This document shows, one piece after another, positions 52,455 to 64,000 of a DNA stretch of 64,000 bases; positions within the stretch are counted from its first letter, which is position 1; every line of letters begins with the position of its first letter. The notes below the pieces were generated by a model. The model was not told where the DNA came from. It did not search any database and worked only from the letters and a program-made list of their open reading frames with translations. The stretch spans positions 62,001 through 126,000 of the forward strand of contig JAPEUD010000055.1 in the NCBI GenBank assembly GCA_026026165.1. Reading direction: 5' to 3'. A program made the translations under genes and the position numbers. The stretch is from Sarea resinae. Lineage: Eukaryota.

Positions 52455-53330
52455 ATGGCCGAACGCTGCTAAAACAGGTGTGGAAACGCCGACCGTTCAA
52501 AGAAAGCTTACTTCATCAAATAGCTCTGAATGAGTACCTTTGATGGCCCAAGCCGCTGTAGCTCGAGGTATTACTTCGGAAAGGAGGACTTTGTTGACAT
52601 TGATACCAGACAAGTTGCTTTCAACCAGGATCGTGGCCCAAGCCTATGAGGAAATATAGATACCAGCAGTAGCATCAATATTCCGGCCAGCACTATCTAG
52701 CCCCCTTTCAGCCTTTCTGTCCGGACCTACAACAAAACGTTTGCCCTCACCGCGCGCGGAACGGAGATTATCCTTTCGGTCTTGCGATCGAGCATTTGTG
52801 CAAAACCATGAAGAGTTCCTGTTCTGACTTTCGGAGCCTCGGCCCCACCGAGCCTGTCCGCTCCTTGTCTGTCAAATCTGACAGGCCTACCTGTATGGGA
52901 GACATTAAATGGTCCCCGGATGTTCAAGGGACAGACTTACGTGGGCCTACCAACCATGGGAGCGTTTTCACAGATGTTGCAAGGCCATCTTCGTACTGAG
53001 GATGGTCATTTACACCTAACTGCATGTTATAGGGACGTGCTGGACCACACTCCTGAAGCGCCCATGTCTCATGCCAGTCTTGGTCCTGCCGCCTCCAAGG
53101 CAAACTCAGCTGATGTTGCTGAGATGGCTTGCCGAGTCACGGATAAGCTGTAGCATCAGATGGAGCTTGTACTATAGGACCTGTAGAGCTTCGGACCGGA
53201 ATCGGCACCACTCTATCATTTGATTCTGAAAAGACAGGGACAGTGCAACCTCTGTTCTGAATTTGCCGACCAAAGGCGTGGGTGGGCTAGTGTATTAGTT
53301 ATGCCCTGGAGGAAGAAAGCGGCTCGTTAA
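52455..53330 (+). pseudogene. Unidentified stop-interrupted coding relic
   Basis: A single frame from ATG 52455 (GCCATGG context) stays protein-like through scattered stops and includes ORF 52920-53153. Confidence 0.3.
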
Positions 53331-54288
53331 AGCTCGGTCACAATTGTTATAATAATTAAAGAGACGACAAAGAGAAAATGGAACACTCCAGAAGAAATCA
53401 TAGGCCTACTCAAAGATACCGATCTTAATGATCTTGCTGTTGAGGTTGGCGGAGACGACACCAAACTACTCTGTCTGAACCATTGCCTTGATTGGTGTAC
53501 TACTGCTAGAGCAGAGAGCACTATAGGACAGGCTGGCTGTGATGAGAGCGCGAGCACTTTGGGCGGTTTCATTGAACTAAAGGATGCTGCCTCAAGAGCT
53601 TAGCGACTATACTGGATCAATTGTCACCACTCACTGTCTTGAACCTAAATGCTGAGGGACTCGAAATCTCTAAAGCAGGTCAACTGTGATAGTGGATATT
53701 TTGTTCTGTTATTGGTTCTAACAGGATATCATATAGATCGTATCAGTTCCACAAGTGCGGGATAAAACCTAATCATGGGACGAAGAGCTTGAAAATCAAC
53801 CAGCCAATTCAAAGGATCTAGGCAAAGAGATGCAAGACTGGGAGGACGAACCAAAGGCCTAGAACAGCATTCTCGACGTAGTTGTGTCAAAGCATTGATT
53901 GACGACAGCATGCCAGTCAAAGAGAGAGACTCGCACAAATTCAGTAAGCAGCTCAAACTCATCATCACCTCAACCTCATCATCCACTCCACCGGCCTCAT
54001 ATATCCAGATCGTTCATATCACTCACCATGATTACCAGACCAGCTTCTGGCCTACTCGAGCCGCCAAAGAGACCCGGGATTGGAACACTCAAGCGCCCTG
54101 CGGCTCGAAACACCGCCTTAATTAAGTCCCAGATCTCCAAGGCGTATCTCCGTTTAGGGGTACTTCACAAGAACAGGGCCAAATTAGGGGATGTCGCTCG
54201 AGATATATTGGAGCCACATGGCTTCGAATTGCAGTCCCTCGCGTCAGCAGCAAATTCAAATGATGATTTCCGCGCATACAGAAGGTAA
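53330..54288 (+). pseudogene. Relic of a fungal trypsin-like serine protease domain protein (peptidase S64/Ssy5-like motif)
   Basis: 53517-53640 reads STIGQAGCDESASTLGGFIELKDAASRA*RLYWINCHHSL, matching the family pattern GxSIG...GTLGG.I.L...LTCHHV after G>A changes. The 3' extent is uncertain. Confidence 0.55.
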
Positions 54289-55673
54289 TCCATACGCGCG
54301 CGCCTACTTATGGAGCTAGTCGATCAAAGCCCCGATAAAGGTAGCTAGCTGTCAAGTCGAAGAATTGGTCCGTCCTACCAGGATCCCGAGACTGTACTGA
54401 TGGGGGGTGAGCATGGGTTGGGTATCAGGTAGATAAGGATCTTCGCACGGATCAGGTCGTCCGAGTACGAGTGTCGTGTGTATGCACCAGAGAGTACAAA
54501 GTACATTATTGCACTTATGCCGGACCTGCGTTGGCGGATTCCGCTCTGCACCATGTACTACTACGTACCTTATGCATTGTATTGGAAATCCTAAATCTCT
54601 AATCTCACCCGTTCTCGCAATCATCCCCCCTGACTTCCATGAGACGAGATTGACAGCAATCAATGCCATCATTCCTGTCTCCTTGGTGGTGGTCTGCCCG
54701 GGTGGCTTCCATACAACAGGGCATTGCTGCGCGGGACTTCGGAAATGCCGATACCTAAGGTATCTTTGGGCTACGATTTTATTACTGTATACCTAATTTG
54801 GTGACTTTCCCGTCGTACCTTCGTACTGGCCTACCCAAACGGGGTCTCCAATCTCCAATCTCCAATCTCATCATCAGCCTTGCCGCTGGGCCCAAGGTAT
54901 TTTGGGGCCATCGGACAGATATCCATGAATGATGCGCGCGGGTACTGCCGGCTGCTGCTGCTAGAAATGCAGGAGCAAATGAATGATCAGGTACCAGACG
55001 TACCCAAGCACGCATTGATCCATCATTGCTGCATGACAGCCCCCCGGCCGCCCGGCGTGGCTGCTCCGAAAATGGCTGCCGCAGGGAAAAGGGGGCCGAC
55101 TGAGAAACCGTCGAGGGGGCTTCGTTTCGTTCCCCATCGACCCCGACGCGAGCGAGCCAACGTGAGCAACCGCCCACCTACTTCGTACATCGTAAGGTAG
55201 ATCTCAAATTGGCTGGCCGAGGAATTTTTGAGCAGCCTTAGGCTCGAGCTGTCTTAGGTACTATAAACCGGCAGGTATATGCGTACGATGTTCGCAGGAC
55301 TCCTTTGACCCCTCTGACCATACTACAGTACGAGCATTACGACTGAGAGACGAAGCTGGACCGCGGTAGGATTTCCAACTTCAGAGTGCTTCGGTGTGGA
55401 TGGATGGTCCAACAATGCCAAGCCTTGGTACTGCATACTTGGACGGAGTACCTTGATTCCAAGCCGGGTTCCATCCTCGACTGACCTCTATCGCTATCGT
55501 GATGATAACGATGGATTGGATGGGCCTCTGGGGCAATCTGTGACCGACGGAAGGGGAAGGAAGGCCAGGGAAAGGGAGGCACTACTCGCTGCCCCAACGA
55601 TCGGATCGATCGACTTCAGGAGTGCAAATCACAGCCAGTAGCCAGTAGGCAGTAGCCAGTCGGACGAGACAAC

Positions 55674-55765
55674 TGATAGGCGGCCGAGCTTATTGTTAGG
55701 GCGCCGATAAAATTTGATTATCGCGAGCTCGCGTTGATTATCGGATTGGGGCAATGGCTGATAGA
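55674..55765. promoter_or_regulatory. Cluster of five GATA cores upstream of the areB-like gene
   Basis: GATAG 55675, GATAA 55706, TTATC 55718 and 55738, GATAG 55760; palindrome CGCGAGCTCGCG at 55722-55733. Confidence 0.45.
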
Positions 55766-56865
55766 GGAGCTCTGGCGTGCCCACTAGCGAGCTTCTCTCT
55801 CGTAAGGGCTGGAGGTCGGCTCGAGCCAGGCCGGGCCACGTAAGATCCGCTCCCTTCGATTGAGATTTGACGATTCTTGGTACGACAGATCCTGCAGAGG
55901 CATTCGAACCTGAACCTGAACCTGAACCGGCCCGCCTCTTATGATGGTGTCCTTGGCATTCAGGAGGCGAGTACGGAGTACATAGTAGTATCAACACGTA
56001 CTACAGCGTATGGCCATCTCGGATTTGGACTGGGAGAGGAACGAAAGTTCCTTGGGCCCCTCTGACCTCTGACAGCCTACCTTACCTACCTTGGGTAGTC
56101 CAGCCCCAGCCCACCGAGGCCAGCCCTGTCTGTCCACAATGCACGAATACAGCGTAACTTCGTACAGCTCCCCTTTGACGTATTCGTGCGAGAAAAACCA
56201 TCGACCCCTGGGAGCAGCTGCCGGTGGCCTATCGTAGGTACTTCAGTAGATCAGGTGTGTACCGTACTGCGCAGTAGTACCTTATGTACGAAGTGACTCT
56301 AGGTCTGGCAAAGACACACACACACACGCACACACACCGGACACTCTCCTCTACCATTCCTCCAGTCTCTCTCTCACTTGCCCTGGCACTCATTATTATC
56401 TACTCACGACTACTACGACGGACCGCTTTGCTTCATTGCTTCGCTCTCGTCCCTCTTCAGTTTTATCATCCCATCTTAGTAATCATCGCTCCCTTATCCA
56501 TCCATTGGACAGCGGCATCTACCGACCTACCTCGATTGTAGAGTAGAACACACCTACCTACCTTACTTTTCTCCATTCATTGTCGATAATCCATCCATCT
56601 CCTTCCAGTAGTCGCTCTCTACGAACGCTCCTTTGCCTTTCTTAGTTCCCCTACCTCTCTAATAGCCTACATCGATATCTGGAACGAGCGCCGCGCGGAG
56701 CTGTGCTGAGCTGAGCTGTACGAGGGCAATCGACACGCCAAACTTTCCTCGTCCGAAACCTACCATCGAACACCGAAAACGCGTGTCGACTCCGGATCTC
56801 TCTCCCCTCGCACATCGAGCAACGTGTGCCAAGCGTTATCGCGACGTCCAAAGACAATTGCAATC

Positions 56866-58621
56866 ACGGCTTCAGCAGCTCTGGCTCCATTGCTCTATCG
56901 GGCCCCGCCCACCGAAACACTCCGCCCTCCATCTGCACCGCGGGTCAGCGACCTGCCAGCCTTCACGACGGCTCCATCCGCCGAGGAACGGACGACGTTG
57001 CCGCCGATAGGGCAGGATATATCACGGCCCTCGTCGACGTCGACCCAATCGTCGACGGCATTCTCTCACATCAACGGGCACAACAATAATACGCTGCCGA
57101 CCCTGCCGGGGCTGTCCAGTCTGGCTTCCATCGCGTCAGCCCCCAGTCCGCCGTTACGGTATGTCCCATGCATTGCATTCTCCATGCCCTGATTGCCTCA
57201 CCCTTATTACTGTGCTCTGCCGCTGGCTCTCGTCTCGCTCTGCTTGCTCGGCGTGGATCTCGAGCGATCTGCCAAGTGTGTCGGTGCGCGTATCTCTAAT
57301 CTCAATCGCTCGACTTTGCACCTAAGCGAGAAAAAGAGACGAGATTGGATGAGACCAAGAGCGAGCCAGCGCATTCATTATCTGTTATCAAGGCTCCCCC
57401 CAATCCCTATCCATGCGAACCTGCCAGACTACGAGACTGCCAGAGTGAGAACGTGGAGATCCAGATATCTAACGGAACGTGTCGGAATCAAATAGGTCCT
57501 TTAGCACCGGCCATAGCATGACTTATGCGTCTGCTTCGCCGGCCGCGACGGCTGGCCAGGGAAATACTCCGGTGTGTAGTGACTTCTTTTTCCCCCAATC
57601 TCTGTTTTTTCGCGTTTTCCCATCCTCTCGTCAGACATTTCCGTGCTTCCACTTTCTTATCGCCCGACGATCCGCCATGGCCACGATCGCTGACAACCCG
57701 CGCGATCATCTACAGCCCATCTGTCAGAATTGCACAACCTCGACGACTCCTCTCTGGCGAAGAGATGAGATCGGTTCGGTCCTCTGCAACGCCTGCGGCC
57801 TCTTTCTGAAGCTTCACGGCCGACCGCGCCCGATAAGCCTGAAAACCGATGTGATAAAGAGTCGCAATCGCGTCAAGAGTTCGGGCCAGGGAGCGAAGAA
57901 GAAGGTAGGTCCTTTGGCGGCTTGGTCCTATCGAAGACGATCTTAAGCTCACGTCTTTTGGCAGTCTCTCTTCGACGCGAGCGGAATCGCTGCCTCGCGT
58001 TCAGAGGCTGGCACACCACCGCCAGGGTCCCTCGGCCATCGCAGAACATCGCAGAAGACGTCCTCGGGCGCCTCCGATCGCTCCAACTCGCCCATCTCGC
58101 GGACGGCGACTCCGTATCATGGCTCTCATCTGGCGCCACAAGGCATGTTCGACGGCGTCTCGCTGTCCGATCAAGGCTTTCACCCGTCGCCATCTCTGCC
58201 GGCCCTCCATCTCAGACACCCGTCTCCGGGCTCGACCTCGTCCTATAACGAGCGCCATCTAGAGCCACCTCAGACGTTCGAATCGCTGCTGGCATCGACG
58301 ACCTCTTTGAAGACGCGAGTCAGCGAGCTCGAAGTCATCAACGACCTTTTCCGCGGTCGCGTCGCCGAACTCGAAAACAGCGAAGCGAACGCGCGCCGGT
58401 CCGAGATGATGGCCCGCGAATCCGAATCGCAGATTCGCGCCGCGCTTGACGACTCCCGCGCTCGTGAACACGACCTCAAGCGGAGGATTGAAGAGCTCGA
58501 GGCGGAAGCGTCCGAGACCGCCAAGGATGCTCCTCCACGAGCGAAGAAAATGCGCGTGTCGGATATCGTGGACGATGGCGCTGCTGACGCGCCGACGCCG
58601 CAGTCTACATCGACTTCGTGA
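56866..58621 (+). CDS. areB: GATA zinc-finger/leucine-zipper transcription factor AreB/ASD-4; long isoform from a non-AUG start, short isoform from ATG 57677
   Basis: [50 protein letters not shown] and zipper [23 protein letters not shown]. Introns 57159-57495, 57572-57715 and 57905-57964. The start position is inferred. Confidence 0.88.
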
Positions 58622-58899
58622 CTGACGTGGCTGTCATGGTCGTCTCTGCGTCAACGACGTGACTATATCGATCATACTCCGTAATATTTTGATTCTGTGA
58701 TACCATCACCACGGTTTTTCTCTTCTCATGGGCGGGCTCCTCATCCAAAAATTTTCTCTTTTCTTTCGGTGAGGACCAACCTCTACACCTGTCTGTCTCT
58801 ATGCACTATATTTCTTCTTATCAATGTTTCCTCTACGGAGGGTATTAAGTTGCCTCGGGCACTTATCATCATCAGCAACTGCGTCTGCGTCTAGGGAGG

Positions 58900-59820
58900 G
58901 GGAATGGACGGGTCTGGGCTGGACTGGACTGGACTGGACTTGGACTGGACGGACTGGCGTTGTGCGATTCGGCGGTTCTGGATCTTCTTTCTCTCTCTCT
59001 CGCACGCCATCTCTTTTGTTTCAAGTCTCTGCAACTTTTTCTACCGTATCTCATCATCGCCATCATCAACATCAACATCAACGTCAACATCAACGTCAAC
59101 AACCAAAAATAGGGCAAGGCTCATTCCACTACAACTACTCTACTACGCTGTACTACTATTACTACTACTACCACCACCACCACTATTGCCACTCTTACCA
59201 CCAATACATCAATCACCAATGATTTCGTCGAGGGCGCCAAACAACAAACGTCAAACTTGGAAAAAAACACATCTTCCTATCGCGTATATCATTCCCTCCA
59301 TCATCCCACACACGGACACGCACACACACACCACACATTATATCACAACCCGTCTGCGCCCCGATTATCGTTTCCTTTGTCGGATCATCTGTTTCCATTT
59401 CCATTCTCTTTTCTTTCCGTCCCGTCGTCAATTCACGCCAGCGCTTTTTTCTTTTCTCTTAATGCCTCACCTACTATCTATCCATCTACAATCTAAGTCA
59501 CCTGGGTGCTTATTCCGTAGTATTAGCCTAGCCTTAGCCTTAGGGTTTTGTCTTTCCTCATTATAGCCCACCCACCAAGGCGAAAGCTGGGCTTTTTTCT
59601 GTTGTTGATACGTGGTGGCGAATTTTGCCTCGAAAGAGGAGGCCTCGAAAGGGAGGGGGGTTTCAAAAGGGAGAGAGACGAGGGAGAGCAAGAGGGAGGA
59701 AAGGGAGAGAGGGAGAGAGGGAGAGAGGGAGAGAGGGAGAAAATCAAAAGTTTATTTTTTGTGCTTTACATATGCATATACACACCCGCACACACACACC
59801 TTCCAAATTAGTGACGGGCG

Positions 59821-59867
<47 letters not shown>

Positions 59868-59870
59868 CAA
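58900..59870. repeat. SSR-dense intergenic region: (GGACT)n, (AACATC)n, (TAC)n, (GA)n 59825-59866
   Basis: Direct reading; lies between the convergent areB and PMS1 3' ends. Confidence 0.9.
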
Positions 59871-59933
59871 GTGAGTAGGATTGATGTAAACCCCATTGAG
59901 TGCGATTGTGATTGTTGTTCTTCTACTTCGGCC

Positions 59934-62900
59934 TCACTCGTCCACGCCTGCGTCTACGTCTACGTCTACGTCTACGTCCACGCCCACGTCTTCATCGACG
60001 TCGTCGTCTTCCTCCATGCCACCATCACCGCCAGCACCACCACCATCACCATCACCGGAGCCGAAGCGTTCCCTTGTATCCCTGATCCAGGCCCCCCAAT
60101 CCAGAGTCGATTTTTCGCCCCTTGTCTTTCTCGTTCTCGTTCTCGTTCTCGTGCTTTTGATTGTGCTGCTCTGCCTGCCCTGCCTGTCTTGCGTGCCACC
60201 ACTACTGGCCGCTTTTTCGTTTTCATTCTCAAGATTCGGGGTACTGGGATGGTTGTGCCCATGTCCATGTCCATGTCCACGTCCGTGGTTAGGAGTATGA
60301 GGATGAGGATGAGGAAGAGTCCAAGCATCCACGACACCGAAGCCTGTACCATCATCACCCGTACCATAACCACCACCCCCCTTTCCCTCGCCCTCCTCAT
60401 CATAACCATAACCCTCATCATCACCATCATCACCACCACCAGTAGCACCACCAGCAGGTCCCAGCGCGCACAGATGTCTCAGCGTGGGTCGGCCGTGCGG
60501 ACAATTCCACGGTTTATCCAGCGCGGCCATGTCGGCGACGACGCGGCGCATGCGGGCGTGCGAGAGGGCGGTGCCGATCATGATGGACGAGCGACAGGCG
60601 CGCATGGCGAGGAGTTTGCGGATTTTGCTGGGGCGGGGGATCGGGGTCGGGATGGGGGTGGGTTGTGGTGTTTGTGGCGCAGAGGGGGTGGTGGTAGAGA
60701 GGGAAGAAGAAGAAGAAGGAGACGGAGAAGACGGCAAGGGCGGCGGCGGATTCTCGGCAATCAAGGCGATCAGCTCCTCGAGGTCGCCGACGTCGAAGAC
60801 GACCTCCTTGGTGGAGGGCAGGGCGAGCAGGCGGGCGCGCTGGCCGACGGGCCGGGCGCCCGACGCGTCGAGCGCGACGCCGAAGCCGTTCCTCGTCAGC
60901 AGCGGCAGGTGGTCGAGGATGATTTCCTCCTGGACGGCGGTCAGGGACAGCGGCAGCGCGTGCACGAGCGGTTGCGGCGTCAGCGTCGTGGATGCCACGA
61001 GGGCTTCGAATGTCGCTTTCTCCGAGGAGGCGTGCTGGTCGATTATGAAGAGGTCTGCTGATGTCGTTGTTGTTGATGGTGCTCTTGGTGATACTGAGGG
61101 CCGAAGAGCGAGGATGAACCCGAGGTTGAACTGCCCGATGATGCGCATCTGCTGGAAATCGGACTTGGTGACCGTGAGCGTGAGACGGTCTTCGGCCGTC
61201 TTGGCTTCCGCCAAGAGTCTCTCTTTCTTATCGGGTGAGTGTCCCTGCTGCTCGTCTCTCGTATGGTTCGAAGACCTTGTATACGCATCCAGCGCTGTCG
61301 TGAGCTGCGATATATGCTCCTCGATCTTCTTCACGGACGTATTAAGCGTGCCCACGAGCTTGGTAGTCGAGTCTTTCCTGCGACCGTACTGCCCGCTTTT
61401 GAGGAGCGAAGTGACTCGTTTGAGTGCATCAGAGGAGGGAAGGGCGGATTTGGCCTCGGCTGAGGTGATCAGGGACTGGACTTTTGCTTCTTCGCGGGCT
61501 TTTTTGGTAGCATCGTCGATGTAGGACGAATCTGAGTCCTCGCTGTTTTCTTCTTTTTCTTCTTCCTCTTCTTCTACTTCGGCGCCGTGTTCGGAAATAC
61601 CCTCTTCTTCATCTTGGTGATCGGAAAGGTCATCTTCATCTGCCAGCTCCGGGGAAGAGGCGACTTGGTCGGCTCTTTCTGGCATGTCGATCGCCTCATC
61701 ATCCTCAATCCTCGTTGGCTCGTCGAACGTCTGACCACTCTCACTGACGGCCGAGCCCATGTCCGGGCCGGGATCATCCACCTCTTCATCCTGCGTTCCA
61801 GGTGCGGCAAAGGCTCGTAAGCTCTTACTAAATTGCTGACTCCCCACATGCTTACTCGAACGCCGGACATTACTCTCAGAGTTCAAAGCCTTGTGCCTCT
61901 TCAGAGCTGGAGTTCCAATGGGAGACGTTACAGTCCTCTCGCCGATCGTGATAGTAGCCGTTTCCGGCCGCGTGCGTTTCGGACGCATACGATCAAAAGC
62001 ATTCTGAACTACCCCCGGGACTTGCGTTGATGGATTCGCCGCCACTGTCGGTATGGGCGCATCGCTACGTGAAGGTTTCCCGGCCTCTGCTATTCGCTCG
62101 TTAAAGTTCCTGACGGCAATGTTGGAGGCCGAGGGTCTCTGAGGCGTATCCCGTTCGTCTTCCGGAGGTTCGCTGTGGTAATCATCGTCCAACAAAACAT
62201 TATTTGAGAAGTTCGGCCGTATTTTTGAGATGGTGTCAGAGTCTCTGCTAGTATTTTTTTCAACCCGGTCTCTAGAGTTGCGGCCGACAAAACTCTGGAT
62301 CAGACTGATGTTGTCGCCGTTTGAGATGTCTCTAGATCCATCGGCTGAAGCACGATCTTCCCCGGGCTCTACAGGCTTATCGAGTCCGTCTTCAATCCGG
62401 GGATCGGAATTGGGAAGCGGGAGATTTTGAGAGTCCGAGGCTCTTTCACGGTCGATTGTGAGCTGTCTGAAAGATGGTAATTTGGAAGTACCGAGCTGGG
62501 ATTGAGGTACGGTTTGCTCTTGAGAGTCAAATAATTCCGCGAGAGACGTCTTTGATTATCAGCACCGATTCCGAATTTTTCGGATACAAAAGCTCACCTT
62601 CAGGTTTTCCAGCAAAGCACTCTGATCATGCAAAAGTATAGTCCGCTTGTCTGGCGAAACATTCACATCATATGCATCTACTAAGGTCAGCAGGATGAAC
62701 GCGACTCTTGAGACCAAAGTCGCCCACCAGTATTGATCTTAAAGTCTGCAAATATAAAAGGGGATTGCGTCACATTGTAGGACTTGTAAACTTCATTGAA
62801 CGCTTTAGATATTTGGGGAAGCCCGCAAGGCCGGGTATTGACGAAGAACATTTGACGATCAGGCGTTTGCCTTCCTTCGCCGAAAATGGGACGAGAGATG

Positions 62901-63974
62901 TGACCTAGAATTCGCACCTCTTCTGTACTACCATAAATGTAAGTCAAATTATTGTCGGGCAGAGAAAGCAGCTTACTCGGAGCCTTTTTGAGATAGCAGA
63001 CGCCGCGGGCCAGTAGTGGGCTGCATCTCTAGTTTCAAATCGAGAGGAACCAAGGCGCCTAGTGTCTTCGCGCCGAATACATTGGCAATGTTTTCCCTCG
63101 TGGTCTGGTTGGCTTTGGTCGAGAAGACCACGGTCTTCTTACTTGAATGGTATCAGCATGCAAATTTGGTCAGATATCCATCTAGAAATATACCTTACCT
63201 TCCCATTTGATTGCTCACAGACAGCCTAACCCCCACACTGATACAGGCGTAAGCATGAAGAAGTCCAAGCACCTTCCCGTATTCTCTCTTGATATTCTTC
63301 TCCAGTTCTTTCCTCCGCACAGGGAGATTCCGAAAGAGGTCTTCCACTGCAACTGAGGTACCCTTCTGGCTGGCAACCACCTGTGTGCCTTTCAGCTGTC
63401 CGGAGGACTCGAATTCGAGCCGGGTGCCTTTTGGGGCATCTTCTGCGCGCGTGGTGACGACAGAGAACTTCGAGACTGCGCAAAGCGACGACAGAGCCTC
63501 TCCTCGGAAACCGAAGGTCTGCAGAGACTCGAGATCCGCATAGGTAGAGAGTTTCGACGTATAGTGCTTCAAAGCTGTATGACATCTCAGTAAGCCTTCG
63601 GATCGGATAGGCCATATGACCATCATGGAAAGGAATATACCAAGAGACTGGTAATTCTCTGGGGCTATCCCGCCGCCATTGTCCTGGACTTCAATGGACT
63701 CAAGGCCATGGTTCTTGAAGCGTACCTCTGCATTTGCACGTATCAGTAGAATGCTCGAGGCTCAGAAAAGCTATGGCGCAGTCATACCTATCGAGGTTGC
63801 GCCCGCGTCCAAGCTGTTTTCCACCAGCTCTTTGACGACGGAAGAGAGATCGACGATGACTTGGCCGGATTGAATTTGGTGCACCTAGAGTGAGATGGAA
63901 GCGTTAGATAATGCAAGCAGCGCCCATCGGATTCAACTGACAGATCGGCCTTCGATGGCCTTGATTGTGGCCAT
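59934..63974 (-). CDS. PMS1: DNA mismatch repair MutL-alpha endonuclease subunit Pms1 (human PMS2 ortholog), multi-exon
   Basis: [20 protein letters not shown]...[94 protein letters not shown]. Confidence 0.96.
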
Positions 63975-64000
63975 TTCACCCCATCGCGCGTGGTCGTCGC

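Noticed and set aside
52645..52700. Aspartic-protease-like DTG motif (GNIDTSSSINIP)
   Set aside because: A single degenerate motif with no second site; could be chance.
38221..54300. Bona fide Starship element
   Set aside because: No DUF3435 tyrosine-recombinase captain, terminal direct repeats or TIRs could be recognised; kept only as a hypothesis.
59625..61524. Plus-strand ORFs of 478 aa and 346 aa
   Set aside because: Antisense to PMS1 and built from microsatellite translation.

Overview
This is eukaryotic DNA from a filamentous ascomycete (Pezizomycotina): short GT-AG introns with CTRAC-type branch points and fungal gene families. Two blocks of conserved genes flank an accessory island. 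The left block (1 to ~35.2 kb) holds CTF18, a Zn2Cys6 transcription factor, a TOK-type K+ channel, a CLD1/ABHD5-like hydrolase, SPO7, a GH125 mannosidase, a dual-specificity phosphatase, an orphan gene, SPC24, FIS1, a RING-H2 E3 ligase and BST1. The right block (~56.8-64 kb) holds an areB/asd-4 GATA factor and PMS1. The island (~16-18 kb) starts near an intron-containing tRNA-Leu(AAG). It carries one intact Mx-like dynamin GTPase among stop-riddled relics: Ty1/copia RT, a RecQ-like DEAH helicase fragment, a trypsin-like (S64-like) protease, and 2-3 members of an uncharacterised family whose motif layout resembles a serine recombinase (resolvase) catalytic domain. Other notable points: a probable ACG-initiated long AreB isoform with an alternative ATG inside an in-frame intron; GC-rich, microsatellite-laden convergent 3' gene ends; and a PMS1 with a variant endonuclease motif and a long repeat-encoded tail. 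All family calls come from motif recognition by eye; no database searches were run.
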